Source: Octopus sinensis
Taxonomy: Eukaryota
Direction of reading: 5' to 3'
NCBI RefSeq assembly: GCF_006345805.1
Contig: NC_043008.1
Location: 77,066,001 to 77,130,000 of the forward strand
DNA length: 64,000 bases
Below the pieces are notes generated by a model. That model was not told where the DNA came from. It saw only the letters and a list, made by a program, of their open reading frames with translations, and did no database searches. Below are positions 27,446 to 42,248 of this stretch, one piece after another. Position 1 is the stretch's first letter. Every line of letters starts with the position of its first letter. The position numbers were made by a program, and so were the translations under genes.

Positions 27446-27517
<72 letters not shown>

Positions 27518-28345
27518 CCGATAATAGTTTATCAAACAAACAGAATTCAACAAGTAGTTATTAAAATACAGAAACAGATTTTCAAGGTAACTTTATCTCT
27601 ACTTGTTTTTAAAGCTAAAACAGATTAAGTAAATAGGAGACTTGGTATTTTTAAATTTAAAATAATCTTATGAGCCATTTTGATTGGTTTAGACTAACGA
27701 TTCCTAATCACTGTACTGCCTAAAAGTTGCTTAATGCGTCTCGAAAATAATGATTTTTTATTAAGGCACAAGGCCAGCAGATAAATACTAAGATAATAAA
27801 ATTGTATTTTTAAAAACATGTGAAAAATGTAAACTGGAATTCAAAATATAATTGGAAATATAAATGTAAGTATTGTCATCAAACTAAAACAAGGAGAGAG
27901 GTGGGAGGGTGTTTACTGCATACTAATTAATTAGCAGTTATTATATTTACTTCTGTTTTAATTATTTATATTTATGAGAAGGAATATGTACATGTAAACA
28001 TGATGTGTTTAGTGCGTCACAATATTTAAATTTCCTCCGCAATGTGCCGCAGATTTAGGCGACAGTTGGAACTTTTCATTCGTAATGTCTTCTATTTCTT
28101 ACAAGAAATTTAATTAGGAATGTCACTGGAGTCTAGCACTGCAATAGTCGATGACAAATAAATTCTACTTAAAATTATAGTAGAAATACGTCGGAGAAAG
28201 CGCAGGCTTTATACTTTGCAAGCCTAGTATTTATTATATCGGAGTGTGTTATCGAAACGGCTACATTACAGGGACGTAAACACAGCAATGTCCGTTGTCA
28301 AGCGATGATGAGAGTACAACACACACACAAACATAAACGCAATAT

Positions 28346-28411
<66 letters not shown>

Positions 28412-28512
28412 ATATTGATAAAAATGGTGAGACAACAAAAGAAAGAAAGAGATCTCGATATTATGTAAATAGAGGAATTTATCTGTAAACAGATAAATAC
28501 ATATCTGTTTAC

Positions 28513-29554
<1,042 letters not shown>

Positions 29555-29576
29555 CATACATACATACATACATACA

Positions 29577-29607
<31 letters not shown>

Positions 29608-29660
29608 TTAAGAAATAAAAAACCAAGGTCGAAATCGGAGGAAAAGTGACGATTCGATCT

Positions 29661-29729
<69 letters not shown>

Positions 29730-29789
29730 TGTATACATATATCACATAAACCCACACCAATTTTTTTTCCATCAATCTTTCAATTATAA

Positions 29790-30965
29790 AGTGTGTGCTT
29801 GCATACATACATATACACACATATAAACCTCTACATTTGTACACACACGCACATATATACATACATTCACTCGCACGCACGTACACACACACGTACACAC
29901 ACACACACACACACATTTACATATATATACAATACACGCACACATATATACACACGTATAAACACACACAAATTCACATACACACCGACACATACATACA
30001 CACAATATATACCTACACGCGCACGCACACATACACATACGTACACACATATAAGCACAGACACACACATACGCACACAAAAACATGCTCACACATACGC
30101 ACGCACACACCCAAAACTCACAACCCCACGGATACACGCATATACATCCATATACGCTTACACACACACACATACAACTACACGCACATACATACACACA
30201 CACAAATGAACCCACACATACGTCCCATACACACGGCACACAATTATACATACACGCACACAATTATACATACATATATATATATACACACACGCACGTA
30301 CAAGCACACACGCACACATACACTAAGTTAAGCACAGTTACTCGCCACACACCCAAACTCTACGCATACACACACGAACACACACACACACACATACACA
30401 CACACACTACAAACAAAACACACACACGATACATATACATACACGCACACACACATACCTCTTTGTTTTTGACCTGTGGCTGGACACAAAAAACACCACT
30501 CCTTATTCTTACATACTGGCCAGCTACTAGCCAGTTGTTCGCCATACACACATACACACACACACGCACGCACACACACACGTTCATCATTGCACACATA
30601 CACACACACGCGCACACGCAGACCTCCGCGCACGCACACATCCACACACATTCCCCCTCCCACTTTCCCTGTCTTTACCATACTGTCTTTGAAAACTCTC
30701 CTGTCTTTAAAAACATTATTCTTCCACCTTTCTACTTCCGGTCTTTCAATACGTGACCTCGTGAGTACCACTGGCGATTTTTTTCCTCTGTCTTCCCTTC
30801 TCGAGATCTTTCCTTCTCCTATGTTTCCGACGAAGAGCTCCGCTCGAAACGTTAAACCCTCCTTCTTCCCTTCTTTCCTGAGCGTCCAATAATACTTTAT
30901 TTGTTCCACGTCCTAGCGTTGTTGTGTTTTTTTGTTCTTTTGTGTTTTCTTGTTTGGATTAACTT
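29790..30965 (+). mobile_element. CA-rich low-complexity tract ending in a Penelope-like pLTR with a hammerhead-like motif (30823-30857)
   Basis: 30765-30965 closely matches 5900-6083. Confidence 0.6.
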
Positions 30966-30967
30966 CA

Positions 30968-31044
<77 letters not shown>

Positions 31045-31046
31045 TA

Positions 31047-31164
31047 TGAAAAAAATTTATAACATTCTTCAGACATAATGACTCAAATATATATTTTTAA
31101 CCTTCTAAAACAAGCCTTCTGTAGTTTTTTCACTTTTTACTATTTGATATATATATATATATAC

Positions 31165-31231
<67 letters not shown>

Positions 31232-32090
31232 TATATATATATAATATATATAAAATAGTAAAAAGTGAAAAAACTACAGAAGGCTTGTTTTAGAAGGTTA
31301 AAAAATATATATTTGAGTCATTATGTCTGAAGAATGTTATAAATTTTTTTCATACAATGACATAGTTTTTGAAGAAAGACCGGTTTCGCGTTCAGCTTTT
31401 CAAATTTCTTACATTGTTATGTTTACGTTGAGAAGTGTGAAGGAGAGTGAAAGAGAGTTCCAGATAAGGGGAGGTTATAAGTAATTTCTTCCGGTGTAAG
31501 GGAGATAATCGCTTAATATTTCTTGCTTTTCTTTTGGAGTGAGTTTCTCTGTATAAGAATGTTGGAATGGTTAAGTTTGGGCTTGTATTTTTCAATGAAG
31601 AATGTTTCCTTGTTTAGTCTAATTTGTGTTGGTGTTCCGATAGCACATTGGTCAAATGGAAAGATTAAAAATTGTGATAGTAGTTGCTTTGCGCATTTCT
31701 CAATGTGCTCACTAAAGGGTATCATTCTGTATTCTGGGAATGCAATCTGTTGTCGATGCAGTGTGCATCTACGTCTGAATGATAGTCCCATGGACCCCAC
31801 GTAGTTTTGGTGGCAGCCCGAGCATTTTATGACATAAATTATGTTTTCAGAGGCACAAGTAAAATTAGATTTGATCTTGAATTTCTGTCCCTCTTTGAAG
31901 AGGAATTCTGATCCTTCTAGTAGGTTTGGACATGTTGCACAGTTCGGTCTACCACATTTTTTTACTTTTGCATCCGTAATTTCAGAAAACAATTTTGCCT
32001 TTGTGAGAATCTTTTTAAGTGATTTAGGTTGTTTGTAGCTTTTAATGATTTGGTGTGTGTTTAGAATTTCCTTTAATTTGGGGTCCTTAT
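31047..32090 (-). mobile_element. 5'-truncated Penelope-like retroelement (Neptune-type): GIY-YIG endonuclease plus 3' pLTR
   Basis: ORF 32100-31513 has the CGRPNCATC Cys motif and NIIYVIKCSGCHQNYVGS..RRRCTLHRQQI GIY-YIG. Hammerhead remnant GAAACCGGUC at ~31388-31379. Inverted terminal copy 31047-31145 vs 31251-31352. Confidence 0.88.
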
Positions 32091-32107
32091 ATATATGCAT
32101 ATAAATA

Positions 32108-32170
<63 letters not shown>

Positions 32171-32534
32171 CTATATTAAATCTCTGAGCGAGATGCAAAC
32201 AGTAGCAATACGGAATCATGTAAATATGATTATTGCTACGGTTGCACATACAAAGTAGCAATAACATATTTGGGCCAACCAAGTGTGGCATCTTACACAG
32301 GACAGTGCCACTGGCGTTTATAGCCCCAGGAAGGCATCTCTAGCTGGCCAACGACGGTCACAGAATATATATATATATTACAGTTTTCTATTCACACCCC
32401 TCTCTAAACCTACACCAGACTTACATCTCATATGTATATAACCAAGGACATCTCATATATATAACCAAGGCCAAAGTCGGAAGAAAAGTTACGATTCGAT
32501 AAAAAGTAAGCAGGTGAAAAAAATATATATGCAA

Positions 32535-32601
<67 letters not shown>

Positions 32602-33168
32602 ACTTTATATAATTAGGGTTCAGCAAAAAAATTTACTTTACCACATATATATAATATTATTTGAGGGAATAAAATCGAAACTTACAAGGAAAAAGAATTC
32701 AATTTAGAAATACTAAATCAAATTCCACACAATATAATATATATATATAAAATATTAAAAAAAAAACACCATGAATAATTAAATTACACCATCTAGAAAA
32801 TTACATGTAATAGAAAAGTTAAAATTAAAATAACAATAAAAAGTAAAGATTAAGTAAATTACAAAAATAATATAATATGTATAATAGGTAGAAAAATGAC
32901 ACATACTTTGCTGCTATATTTAAAAATGATTATAGTAGTAGAGAAACCACTTGCATATAAATATAGTCACTCATCAGGTTAAAAATAAAATAATTAATTA
33001 ATTAATATACTTATATATATATATATATATATAATGTGTTGTATGTGTGTATGTGTGTGTGTGTGTTGTGTGTGTGTGTGTGTGTGTATGAAAATTCTAA
33101 ATATACATAAGTGAAAAATAAAATAATACTTCAATAATTAAATACTTTAAAATTAAATAAAATACACA

Positions 33169-33234
<66 letters not shown>

Positions 33235-33274
33235 AAATTAGAGACAAAACCACTATTATATATATATATATATA

Positions 33275-33313
<39 letters not shown>

Positions 33314-34386
33314 ATAAATTAGAGACAAAACCACTATTATTTCTTATAAGTTTGTGGTTGTGTATATGTGGCTATTGATGTTATTTCTTCTGTGTTAGTG
33401 TAGTGCAGTGTACATACGTTTTTGTATGAGTGATTGTATGTGTGTGTGTGCGGGTGTGCATAATTGATGTGTAGAGGTATATGGCTGAATTTAGAACATG
33501 TCCGTGTCTGTATGTGTTTGTGTATGTATAGATATGTGTGTGTGTGTGTGTTTGTTTACGTGTTTATATATGTTATATACATATAGTATATAGTATTTAA
33601 TACTATTTTACTAAATTTGTGTATGTATAGATATATATGTGTGTGTGTGTTTGTTTACGTATTTATATATGTTTATTACATATATATAGTATATAGTATT
33701 TAATACTATTTAACTAAGAATGAAATATTTCTATAAGTATGTGGTTGAGTATCTGCGGATACTGGATGTTATTTCTCCTCTGTGTTAGTGTCCTGTTGAG
33801 AGTATATGTTTATGAATGAGTGATTGTATGTGTGTGTGTGTGAGTATGAATAGGTGATGTGTAGAGGTGTAGGGCTGCATTATGGATATATCTGTGTCTA
33901 TATGTTTATGTGTGTGTGTAGATGTATATGTGTGTGTGTAGATATATATGTGTGTGTGTGAGTTTGTGTGCGTATTTGGATGTGTTTATATACATACATG
34001 TATATAGGTGCATGAGCTTGTGTGTATATATATATATATTTTGTTTTTTGAAATTAGCTATTTCATCTTTAAATATGAGAAATTAAATATATTAGGTTTT
34101 CATTATATACAATCGTTTATAGAGTCTATTTTAGATCTTGATTATAATATTTTTTTATATATATTTTCATTGATAATTTATATATATTAGTTATTTCAAA
34201 TATCTATATAAGTAGATATAGACTAAAATGGATATTAGCATATGGTTTTTCTACCTTATAAATTAAAGTTAATATTTAACATTATAGTCGATTTCGATAT
34301 AATCATATTTAATAATAGAGTTTATTTAGATTATATAGATATTTATATCGTAAAATATTGATTATATTTTATATTTTAGGTTTAGA

Positions 34387-34438
34387 AACCACCTGAAGAA
34401 TGTCTAAGATGTGCTGACACGAAACGATCGTAGTGGTT
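34387..34438 (+). ncRNA. Type I hammerhead ribozyme motif
   Basis: AACCAC-CUGAAGA-A-UGUC..GACA-C-GAAA-C-GAUC-G-UA|GUGGUU; perfect 6-bp stem I. Lies in a pLTR whose end (34518-34550) is inverted at 33228-33259 and 33312-33340. Confidence 0.75.
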
Positions 34439-34629
34439 ATTCATTTGTTAAATTTTAATTTATATAAATTATTTTATATTTTATGTATTGGCTTAAGTCT
34501 TTCTTTGTTTGATTTGCATAATAGTGGTTTTGTCTCTAATTTATTATAATATAATATTTTATTATAAAATTGGATTCAATCTTAAATCTGATTTTTCCTT
34601 GTAAATTTGGATTTATTCCCTAATATTTA

Positions 34630-34701
<72 letters not shown>

Positions 34702-34705
<4 letters not shown>

Positions 34706-37700
34706 ACGATCTGGTGGCCATAACCTGATTTACAGAATCAACGGGGATATGGGGAATCCAAAACAATACACCATGAAATTAATGTAAAATATTATTAACA
34801 ATTCTCAGCATGGAAAAAACAGATATATACACAAACAAAAAACCAATGCCACACCAGACAGGCAGTCAAAATATTTACAAAGGTAACATATATATATATA
34901 TATATACAGGTCAGAATCCCGGCTTCACCAACTTGATTTCCCAAACTTGTATCCGTAACTCTGGATTCACAATTTTTGGTTTCACCAAAATTAGCCTCAC
35001 ACAAAACCTGGCCTCACAAATTTGGTTTTTCAAAAAGATGGATTCCAAAAAATTGGATTTCATAAAATCTGGATTTCCATTTTAGTAGAAATTCGGCTTT
35101 CAAACCTCGGATTTTGAACCTAGGACCCAGATGTGACACAGAAATTATTTTAAATCTGACAAAAGTTCTGGCGAATTCCTGGAGCATAAAATAAAGCCCT
35201 AAATGCCTAACAAAAAGCACAATGTGCATAAACTAAACAGGCAATCATAACTTCCAGAATCCAATGGAACAACTTTGTCTCACAGAAAAAAAACTGTCAC
35301 AAAAACTGGCGGATACAATTTTCTCTGCTTATAAAGGTTTGCCACAGTCTAGCCAATTTGTTATAGTTTCACAGTTTTATCTAATAACACCTAGCTTCCC
35401 CCATTTTGACAATGGACTTCATCCTGACCTTAGAGTGCAGCATGAAAAACTGTTTACCTGATTAACTTGATATTATAATTTATAATTTCCTAACATTCCT
35501 TTCCCCTTAAAAGGGAAAATTTTTATACACAATAAACAATTTTCAGAAAGATACAATATCATCCAGAAAATACAGAAGTCAAATATGTACATGGTAAGTG
35601 CTAACTTCTGGATAATGCATCTGTAAGTAAATTAGCATTTCCTGCAATATGACAAATATTCAAACTAAACTGTTGCAGATACAAGCTCCACCTCAGAATC
35701 CTCTGATTAGTGCCTTTCACCTTATTAATGAAAACTAAAGGATTGGGATCTGTGTAGACAGTGGTGGGATTTGAACCTATATAAATTTGAAAGTGCTGAA
35801 CTGCCCACACAAGAACTAAACACTCTTTCTCGATGGTAGAGTAATTCTTTTGACAAGAATTAAACTTCATAGAATTCTTCCTGATTTTTCTCATCAACTA
35901 ATTTGTCCTTGACCGGCATAACACCATTAAAGGATTTGGATTCAACAGCTCTTTCATAGAATGGCTTTAACATATTGACATGACAAACTTGTTGCTTCTT
36001 TCTACGATCCGGAGTTTCAATCACATAATCCAAATTGTTAAGTTGCTTAACAACTTTGTAAGGTCCAGAAAATCTAGCCTTCAAGGAACTACCTAGTACA
36101 GGAAGTAGAGCTAACACCTTACTATCAAGAGGAAAACTACGCTTTTGGGATTTACCATCATATCTCTGCTTCATTTGTTGCTGATTAGACTCTAAGTTGA
36201 CATGCGCAGTGTTATTGCAGAACGCAATCTCTCCTTAAACTCAGAAATATAGTCAATCAAATTAAACTTAGGTGCAATGTTATCACTATTCAACCAACTA
36301 TCTTTTAGTACTTGTTAAGGGTCCTCGCACGCTATGGGCATAGATCATATCAAAACTAGAGACCCCCTAAAGTTTCCACGGGAACTTCCCTAGCTGCAAA
36401 CAATACTAGAGGGACACCATGGTCTCAATCCTCCTCATGTTCCAGACAATAAGTCCGCAACATATTCTTCAATACTTGGTGGTAATGTTCTGAGGCTCCC
36501 TGTGCTTGTGGGTGGTACTCTGTAGAACGAAGCTGTTTGATCCCTAATTTATACATCAATATCTGGAACACACTTGACATGAAATTGGATCCCTGAATTT
36601 CCTTTGGAAAACCAAACTGGGTGAAAAACCATAGCATCAGCTACAGTAGTTGCAGAAACTTCTTTCAATGGAATTGCCTCTGGATACCTAGTCGCCTGAT
36701 CCAATACAGTTAATAAGTAGCGATATCCTGCCTTTGTTCTGGGCAATGGACCAGCCACATCAATGATAATAATCCTGGAAAAGGGTTTTTTACAGTCGGA
36801 TTGGGCTATAAGGGTGCCTTGTCGATGGTTGCATTTTGTTTACCCACCAACTGACATGTTTTACAAGTTCAACAACAACTAGCAACATCGTAAGATAAAC
36901 TTGGCCAATAAAAGTACTGTAAACTTCTATACTTGTTTTTTTTTAAACACCTAAGTGACCAGTCAATGGAATATCATGTGCCAGATTCATAATATCAAGT
37001 CTATACTCCTTTGGGACTACATTTTGCTCACTAACTTGCCAATGATCAGATACTGGGACATCACATGGCCTCCACTTCCTCATTAAAACACCATCATGAA
37101 GATAAAAACATATTGGCAATTTCTCTGAGAAAGCTCTAGTATAAAGCTTACTTAAACTGCAATACTCTTTCTGCTTAAGGATTAAAGTTTTCTTGTCTGC
37201 TTTGAATTCAGCTTCATTAGGATAAGTAGGCTCCTCACCACCAGAATTCAGATCAACAAGGAAAGTATTAGACAAAGCTATGTTACCATCATTAACTGAA
37301 CTAATATTAGATTCCTCCGTACTGGGACTAATACTAGCCTCCCTATTCATAGCCTTGGTCTGGGACCTTGTCATTGCACATTCAGGAAATATGCCTGGAT
37401 ACAATGTCTCTAACTTCTCTGTCTCGTGATCAGTCTCAGGTTTAGACAGCACAATGGGAACTGCATAAACTTTATTACCTACAATATCATTGCCTAACAA
37501 AAAGTCCACTCCATCAATAGGTAAGGTAGTAACTAATCCAACAGCAACTGGACCTATTACATATTTACAATCTAAGTGAACTCGATACAAAGGAATGGAA
37601 TCACATTCTGCAGTAATACCTTTAATTAGTACTTCCTTTCCCAAAGATGTCAGCATGCTAATAGGTATAGTATCATGCTTCAAGAGAGTTTGTTCTGCAC

Positions 37701-39625
37701 TAGCATCTCAAAAAACTGTAACAGACTTAGGGGTAGACGAACTGTCAGAAGTAGCATCAACACTAGAATTATCCACAACTGAAGTCATAACTAAATCTGC
37801 ATCAGAAACACCCACATCTGGGTCCAACTTGATCTTAGACAAAACCCCTGTGTCCGAAATACACTTAAAACCTAATGGCACAGCTACCTCTACAGAACCT
37901 ACAACATTTGACAAATCACAACACTTAAAAGCTGCTTCAGGAACAGCTCAATCTGACTGACCTGCTTGAGCTGTCTCCTTAGCCTTTAATTTTCTTCAAT
38001 CAGCAATTAAGCGTCCAGGAGTCTTACAGTAATGGCAGGGTTTAGAAGAAGCACTAGACTGAGCCTTCTGCTGCTTCTGTTTTCTGAATAACACCATCTG
38101 ACTTGATAGATTGTTTTTTTATTGTCATTCTTTTATTGACGCTTGCCGTGAATCAATGCATACTCATCGGCAAGTTTTTCGGCTACAAAAACTCTCACGT
38201 CATAGGGGGAATTATATTCAGGAACTCTTCTATCAACATCAACTCTTCCAACTGGCTGAAAGTATCAACTTTTTTAGACCTAAGCCACTTACCTCATATG
38301 ACCTTTTTTCCTAGTGAATTCTATGTAAGAGTCACAGGAATTTTTCCAAGCTTGCCTTAACTTTTGCTGGTACACTTCAGCTACTTGTTCATGACAATAT
38401 AATATCTTCTGTTTCACTAAGTCATAATCTTTGCAATCAGCTATACTCATAGCAGAATAGACCTCTAAACTTTTCCCAGTAAGTTGAGTTTGGAGTAGTA
38501 TTGACCACTTAGTTTTAGGCCATTTCATTAACTCAGCTGTTTTCTCAAAAGCTAAGAAATAATTATCCAAATCACTATCCTGGAATCTAGGAACGAATTT
38601 ACAAGCACTAGCAATGTTAAAGTGTTTAGATGGAGTAGCAACATCAGCCTCCTCAGACTCGGAATCAATTTGATTCGCTTTTAATTTTATTTCTTACACT
38701 TGAAGTTCATGCGCCTGCTTCTCTTTACCGGCGGCACATTTTTCCTGTTCTAAACTAATTTGCAGTCTTAACTTTTCAAGTTCATAAGCCATCATTCTTT
38801 CACTAGATGATAATTAAGGGGCGACTGAATCTGAGCTTGTCTCATCACCGATGGTAGACATTTTACCCTCAACAATTAGGGTCTGTTTCACATGCGAAAA
38901 AATTACACTTTTAAGATTACCTGCAGATACCTCTAAATCAAGTTTAGCACTCATCTCTAAAAGCGCATCTTTGTTTAAATGCTGCAGTTCCCTCAAAGTG
39001 ATTGTATCTTTCTGCAGTAAGGCTTCTGCTATGGTGCACTCCATGACTACCATAGTTTACCAAAGAATAAGACACCCATTAAAACAGGTTTACATATAAC
39101 ATCACAATGGTAATATTTGATAAAAGGCGCTTTAACAATTTACAAATTTATTTATTTATTATTTTTTTTAAGAAAATCTTGGTGTGTACAACTGTTCGAA
39201 ATCCCGGACGAGCCCCCAATTTGTTACGACCTGGTGACCATAACCTAGATTTACAGAATCCACAAGGATAGGGTGAACCCAAAACAACAACACACCATGA
39301 AATTTTTTGGAAAATATTAACAATTCTCAGCATGGAAAAAACAGCCTACATACAAACAAAAAACCAATGCCACACCAGACGTGCAGTCAAAGTATTTACA
39401 ATGGTAACATATATATATACAATTCAGAAATTCGGACTCAGAATCCCGGCTTCACCAACTTGATTTCACAAACTTGGATCCATAACTCTGGATTTGCAAT
39501 TTTTGGTTTCACCAAAATTGGCCTCACAAATTTGGTTTTTCAAAAAGATGGATTCCAAAAATTTGGATTTCATAAAATCTGGATTTCCATTTTTGTAGAA
39601 ATTCGGTTTTCGAACCTTGGATTTT
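34702..39625 (-). mobile_element. Gmr1-like Ty3/Gypsy LTR retrotransposon, degenerate, RT deleted
   Basis: 3' LTR 34702-35495 (TG..CA); PPT 35496-35508; 5' LTR 39222-~39625 (truncated); tRNA-Pro PBS. Internal order: gag (YFLAFEKTAELMKWPK..LTGK, Cys knuckle), protease, integrase (HLGV, GPLPRTKAGYRYLL, YHPQAQG, GPY), RNase H (YSTIEKECL..DALSR). Confidence 0.92.
39201..39218 (-). promoter_or_regulatory. Primer binding site complementary to the tRNA-Pro 3' end
   Basis: TGGGGGCTCGTCCGGGAT 3 nt inside the 5' LTR end. Confidence 0.92.
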
Positions 39626-39627
39626 AA

Positions 39628-40040
39628 GACTCAGCACCTCACAAAGCCCTAGTCACCCAAGAATGGTTGCCAGACAATCTTTACGATTATGTAACACCCA
39701 ATATGTGGCCTCCAAACTCGCCAGATTTGAACCTCATGGACCACTATATGTGTAGCGCTGTTGGAAGGGAGACCAATCGTCAACTTCATAATGCAATAGC
39801 TTCGCAGAAGGCCGCCATTGTCCAGGTGATATCCGAAATGAATAAGAATCCCATAGTGTCAGCATGCCAGTGGTTTCGGTCCCGCATTGAAGCAGAATGA
39901 GGTTTCATAAAATAATTTACTTAAAAATCATTATCAAGACTAATTGCACAAATGTTTCTTCAAATACATATTTATTTATGCTGAAATATAGTTGTTTTAT
40001 TGTCTACCAAAACTGTCCTTAAATACCTCTCGTACCATGT
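39628..40040 (+). mobile_element. Tc1/mariner (maT-like) transposase 3' fragment abutting the truncated 5' LTR
   Basis: DSAPHKA..TQEWL..WPPNSPDLNLMD motif; a related 5' fragment (FFSDEK) lies at ~40250-40720. Confidence 0.7.
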
Positions 40041-41279
40041 ATATATATATATAGTTTTATATAGAAAGAAATGGCTTTTCTCCATTTTCTTTATATTATG
40101 TTATAGATGTACTCACACGTTCATTTACATAATTATGTGTGTGCGCGTATGTAAACAGGATACGAGCAGTATTAGAGGACATTTAACTGACAATGTACTA
40201 TACATTTCAAATCAATTAAAAGTTTTGGTTTATTTCAGATCCCTGTGACAAATAAAATACTAGCAAAGGGATGAAAAGATATGCAGTCACTGACGCCACA
40301 TATGCGGAGCACAGCGATGTAGAAGGTACCAACTTTCTAAACGTCGTAAGATCATTTGTACACAAAGTACGAATAGACTTTCAAGCCTGAAGTGGTAATG
40401 TTTTGACTATCAATGAGAAAAAAAAAAAGACATTCTAAACATTCGGACACGGCAAGTCATCCAACGGTCTCAATTCATTACAGTTGATGATCGCGAAAAA
40501 TCAATAAGGGTATTGCCAAAGAACTTTTGGTATCGAAACGGACAATCAAAACTGTAGTGCATGCGTACATTCGATACAAGTCGTATGTATTGAAAAGAGG
40601 CCTATTCATGTCTGTAAAGCCGTTTGATCTGTGTCAGCAGTCACTTAACAAGGCTGGAAACCTCACGAACATCGCATAGCTTGGTTCTTTTCTGATGAGA
40701 AAAGCTCCAACAAAGACAAGTCTAACTTGTATGTTATGAGTCTCTGAGATCGATATCTCAAGAATTAACGCCATTAGTTCCTGTGTACCAGAGACAACCC
40801 TCTTCTGTCAGTACACAGACATATTTCCACTCAGCATCCATTCCCATAACACTGCTCTCACCTGTATACATTAGTCAGTGTCTTTAAGTGCACTAATGTA
40901 TTAGCCATTATTTGTGGCAATCACATGGCTTCTACACAAGTTTGGTGCCAGTCTTCTATGACAAGCCAGTGTGAAGTGAGAACTGAAACACGGAAAAGTT
41001 GTATAATCTATTTTCCATTCAGTTGTGGTCGAACTCATTATGGGATAACTGCTAGTTGGCGTCCAGATCTCAAACCATACAGATGGTATGCGGGTCAGCC
41101 TCAGTAAACACAGTATGAGAACTAAGTCCATGACTACATCAGTAATTGAATTTCAAATACAGATGATGCCACAGCAGAATGGTAACAGATATTTACCAAT
41201 ATATATTCCCTGAACCATTTGAGAATATGAGTTTAACTCACAAAAGCTGTTTTAAAAAAACAAAAAAAAACTAGCACAT

Positions 41280-41720
41280 CTGTACATGGAAAGATTGTGT
41301 AGAATAGAGTACTTTCAGTATTTCAGTAATCACCAATCAGATATTGATGAGGATGTCCAACACTGGATGAAACGTTCCAGTGCTACCTTTGATCACCCGA
41401 CTAAGACAGGCAGTTCTGTGGAGATCGCGATTTGAGACAAAGTTATAGAATATAAAGTAGCTGTTGTATCCTGTCCTTTATAGCTCTGAAACTTAGACAA
41501 GGTGACATATCCATAAGCTGGAAATATATTGCTAAAGATGTCTAAGGAAAATCATATGCAGCCAAAAGTAGAATAGAGGTGTGTCCCTTGTACGGACACT
41601 ATGTAACTGTCAGCTTCAATGAGTTTGGCCCATATCATGCAAACGTTCAACCATCGATTTACCCAAATAAACTGATTTACTCCTTGCAACGAGTATGAAG
41701 GAATGGTTCAAAGACATATT
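41280..41720 (+). mobile_element. Highly decayed RTE-type LINE fragment
   Basis: Scattered motifs (VV..LLY.SET-like at ~41460-41495). Confidence 0.35.
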
Positions 41721-42211
41721 TAGCAAAGTTTAGTATCATTATGATAATTGGTAGTGAAGAAACCAACACAAATGGAGACAGATTGTTTATGATAAGGACC
41801 AACATTTGAATGTAACACAAGAACTTCTCAACAATAAACGTTGGATGTAGTAAGTTGTGAGAAACAACCAACAGTGTGTTTACTCTAGTAAAATTTCTGG
41901 AACCGACAGTGGCCAGCAATAGCCATATGGGGTACAAAATTTCAAGGATAATTTTCTGTGACCACTGAGGGATTGTTGACAATGATATATTATCCACTTC
42001 CTACATTAAGTGGAGTTTATCATTAATGTAAATTAAACATGGTACACCCAAAAGATCATAGTTCAATTATTTCACACGAGCTTCAGCTGAAAATTAGAAT
42101 CACAGGAAATTAATTTCTGAACAGGAATAAAAAAGACAAACACAAATTATAGTTGAAATGTTTAATTATATATTTTATCATTGACATTGCATATGTGTAT
42201 GTGTGTGTGTG

Positions 42212-42248
<37 letters not shown>

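Noticed and set aside
31513-32100. Domesticated stand-alone GIY-YIG nuclease gene
   Set aside because: The ATG lies in the TA microsatellite and the ORF is followed by a pLTR, so it is a 5'-truncated Penelope-like copy.
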